Shown: positions 62,591 through 64,000 of the stretch, in pieces
How the letters are laid out: each line of letters begins with the position of its first letter
How positions within the stretch are numbered: the first letter of the stretch is position 1
Assembly: GCF_006345805.1 (NCBI RefSeq)
Contig: NC_042997.1
Coordinates: 93,124,001-93,188,000, forward strand
Length of the DNA: 64,000 bases
Origin: Octopus sinensis
Lineage: Eukaryota
Direction: 5' to 3'
Notes under the pieces: model-generated
Databases searched by the model: none
Seen by the model: only the letters and a program-made list of their open reading frames with translations
Told to the model about the DNA's origin: nothing
Made by a program: the position numbers and the translations under genes

Positions 62591-63240
62591 GTAAAATATT
62601 TACATGTGTATTTCATTTGATTTTTTCACTTAAGTATTAGTTTTCAAATATTAAAAAAAAATTATGCTTTTATATATGTACGTTGAGACTGGCATAGAAT
62701 CCGATGAATCGATTCAAGTTGAGTTTTATTTTTTTCCATTAATTCCTTTAAAGAAATTTTCTTAAAAACGACGTACAATCGCAATAGCCGTAACTCGAAA
62801 CGACATTGAATTGAAATATGCCAGTATTTTGTTGCTTATGTGTGTGAGAAAATGATATATAACTAATTTGTAATGCATTTAAAATGGTTCATATTACTAG
62901 TTTGTTCTCGTATGCAATTCAGGAATGTATGCAAATGATTTAACAAAGGACTTCCCGTTGATATTTTTTATGCATTCATACATGCACGAAACGCATTAGC
63001 ATAAATATGTTATTGTTTTCAAATACATATATATATAATAATATATATAATATGTGTGTGTGTATATGCATGTATGTATGTATGTATGTATGTATGTATG
63101 TATGTATGATGTATGTATGTATGTATGTATGTATTTGTGTGTGTATGTATGTATGTATGTGTGTGTATGTATGTATGTATGTATGTATGTAATGTTATTT
63201 AAGGCGCTAAAAGAGAACGACTCTCCCCAGACACAACAGA

Positions 63241-63274
<34 letters not shown>

Positions 63275-63275
63275 A

Positions 63276-63400
63276 CTGGGTCGTCCCATAAGTAATGCGG
63301 TTTTTTCAATTGGATGAACTAAAAGTCGGAGCGGGGCAGGATAAACTACTTGCATCAACATGATATAAAAGCAGATAGTAGATTTATCTTGTCCTTATTC
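63276..63400 (+). mobile_element. Mariner-like left end
   Basis: TA|CTGGGTCGTCCCATAAGTAATGCGG resembles mariner TIRs. No partner TIR is in the window. Confidence 0.45.
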
Positions 63401-63404
63401 TTAG

Positions 63405-64000
63405 CACAAGTTAGTTTTGTGAGGATTGTTTTGCACTGAGGATTGTTTTGCGCTGAGGAGTGTGTTGTACTGCTTTGCAGCAATTTTTTTGTGAGTGGCG
63501 CCATCTTTATTTGGTGGCCTGTGACGAATGAGCGAAAGGAAGAGTTATGCGGCAGCAACGGGAAGTCAGTGTTCTGTCGTCCTGGGTATGCTGAAACAGA
63601 ATGAACTGCATTGTTATTTAGACCTGCTCCGGAAATCTCAATATATGGTAAAGAGGGAGAGGTCGAACACAAAGTTGACTCTACCAGATGAAGACAAAGT
63701 GAACATGGAAAGCAGGGCGATGATTAATAGAACATTTTTTTTAAAGTAAGAAACTGGAGAATGCAATGCAGGAGGGGGTGGACGAATGTCTGGAAAAATT
63801 TAAGGAAAGCATAACGTTTTATACCAGAGGAAAAAAAATACGCTTCAGTGGCAGTTACCTTTGTCTCAGAAGAGGAGGCAAAAAGACACTCCACTAAGCT
63901 ACTACACGGAGAAAAATGGACACTCCTGCCCACTTTCCTGGGTAAACGAGTTACCAGAATTAGGGTGAGCAGGATCCCACCTAGAATCGATCCAGAATGG
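63405..64000 (+). mobile_element. L1/Tx1-clade LINE 5' end: 5'UTR plus frameshifted ORF1, continuing off the window
   Basis: ATG at 63528 (MSERKSYAAAT...). After a frameshift the frame reads FKESITFYTRGKKYASVAVTFVSEEEAKRHSTKLLHGEKWTLLPTFLGKRVTRIRVSRIPP (RRM-like ORF1). The UTR has short TGAGGATTGTTTTGC repeats. Confidence 0.65.

Overview
AT-rich, repeat-dense eukaryotic DNA, most likely from a cephalopod (Octopus-like). That inference rests on the tRNA-derived SINE families, the dense (TA)n/(TG)n/(AAT)n microsatellites and the LINE relics. No host protein-coding gene, rRNA or true tRNA gene is supported. Almost all supplied ORFs are microsatellite read-throughs or decayed transposon frames. 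The main result is a set of type I hammerhead ribozyme (HHR) motifs found by reading the sequence. (1) A ~532-bp tandem 'satellite' (1-742 and 5284-8093) carries one complete HHR per unit: TTGG-CTGACGA-GCTA...TAGC-GAAA-CAATTG-TC-CCAA. It sits as an inverted-head plus tandem-body insertion in a (TA)n tract, with a ~12-bp target-site duplication, and the matching empty site is visible at 12643-12654. (2) An older, sequence-unrelated ~425-bp unit at 46086-47046 has the same architecture and its own HHR. (3) Solo HHRs occur at 54377-54465 (-) and 61402-61436 (+), with a decayed one at ~53952-54023. Every intact motif has a self-complementary stem III and a GUC/GUA cleavage triplet, as in Penelope-associated HHRs and metazoan retrozymes. 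The first 15.5 kb also holds 2.6 near-identical 4.54-kb units with a Helitron-like head and captured LINE scraps. The rest of the window is decayed L1/Tx1, RTE, R4/Dong-like, CR1, I/Jockey-like, Penelope and Gypsy fragments, SINEs, a Tc1/mariner MITE and several foldback hairpins. Scattered indels in the repeated region look like long-read consensus noise, so copy number and junctions need read-level confirmation. All folds were made by eye and all family names are from motif recognition, not database searches.
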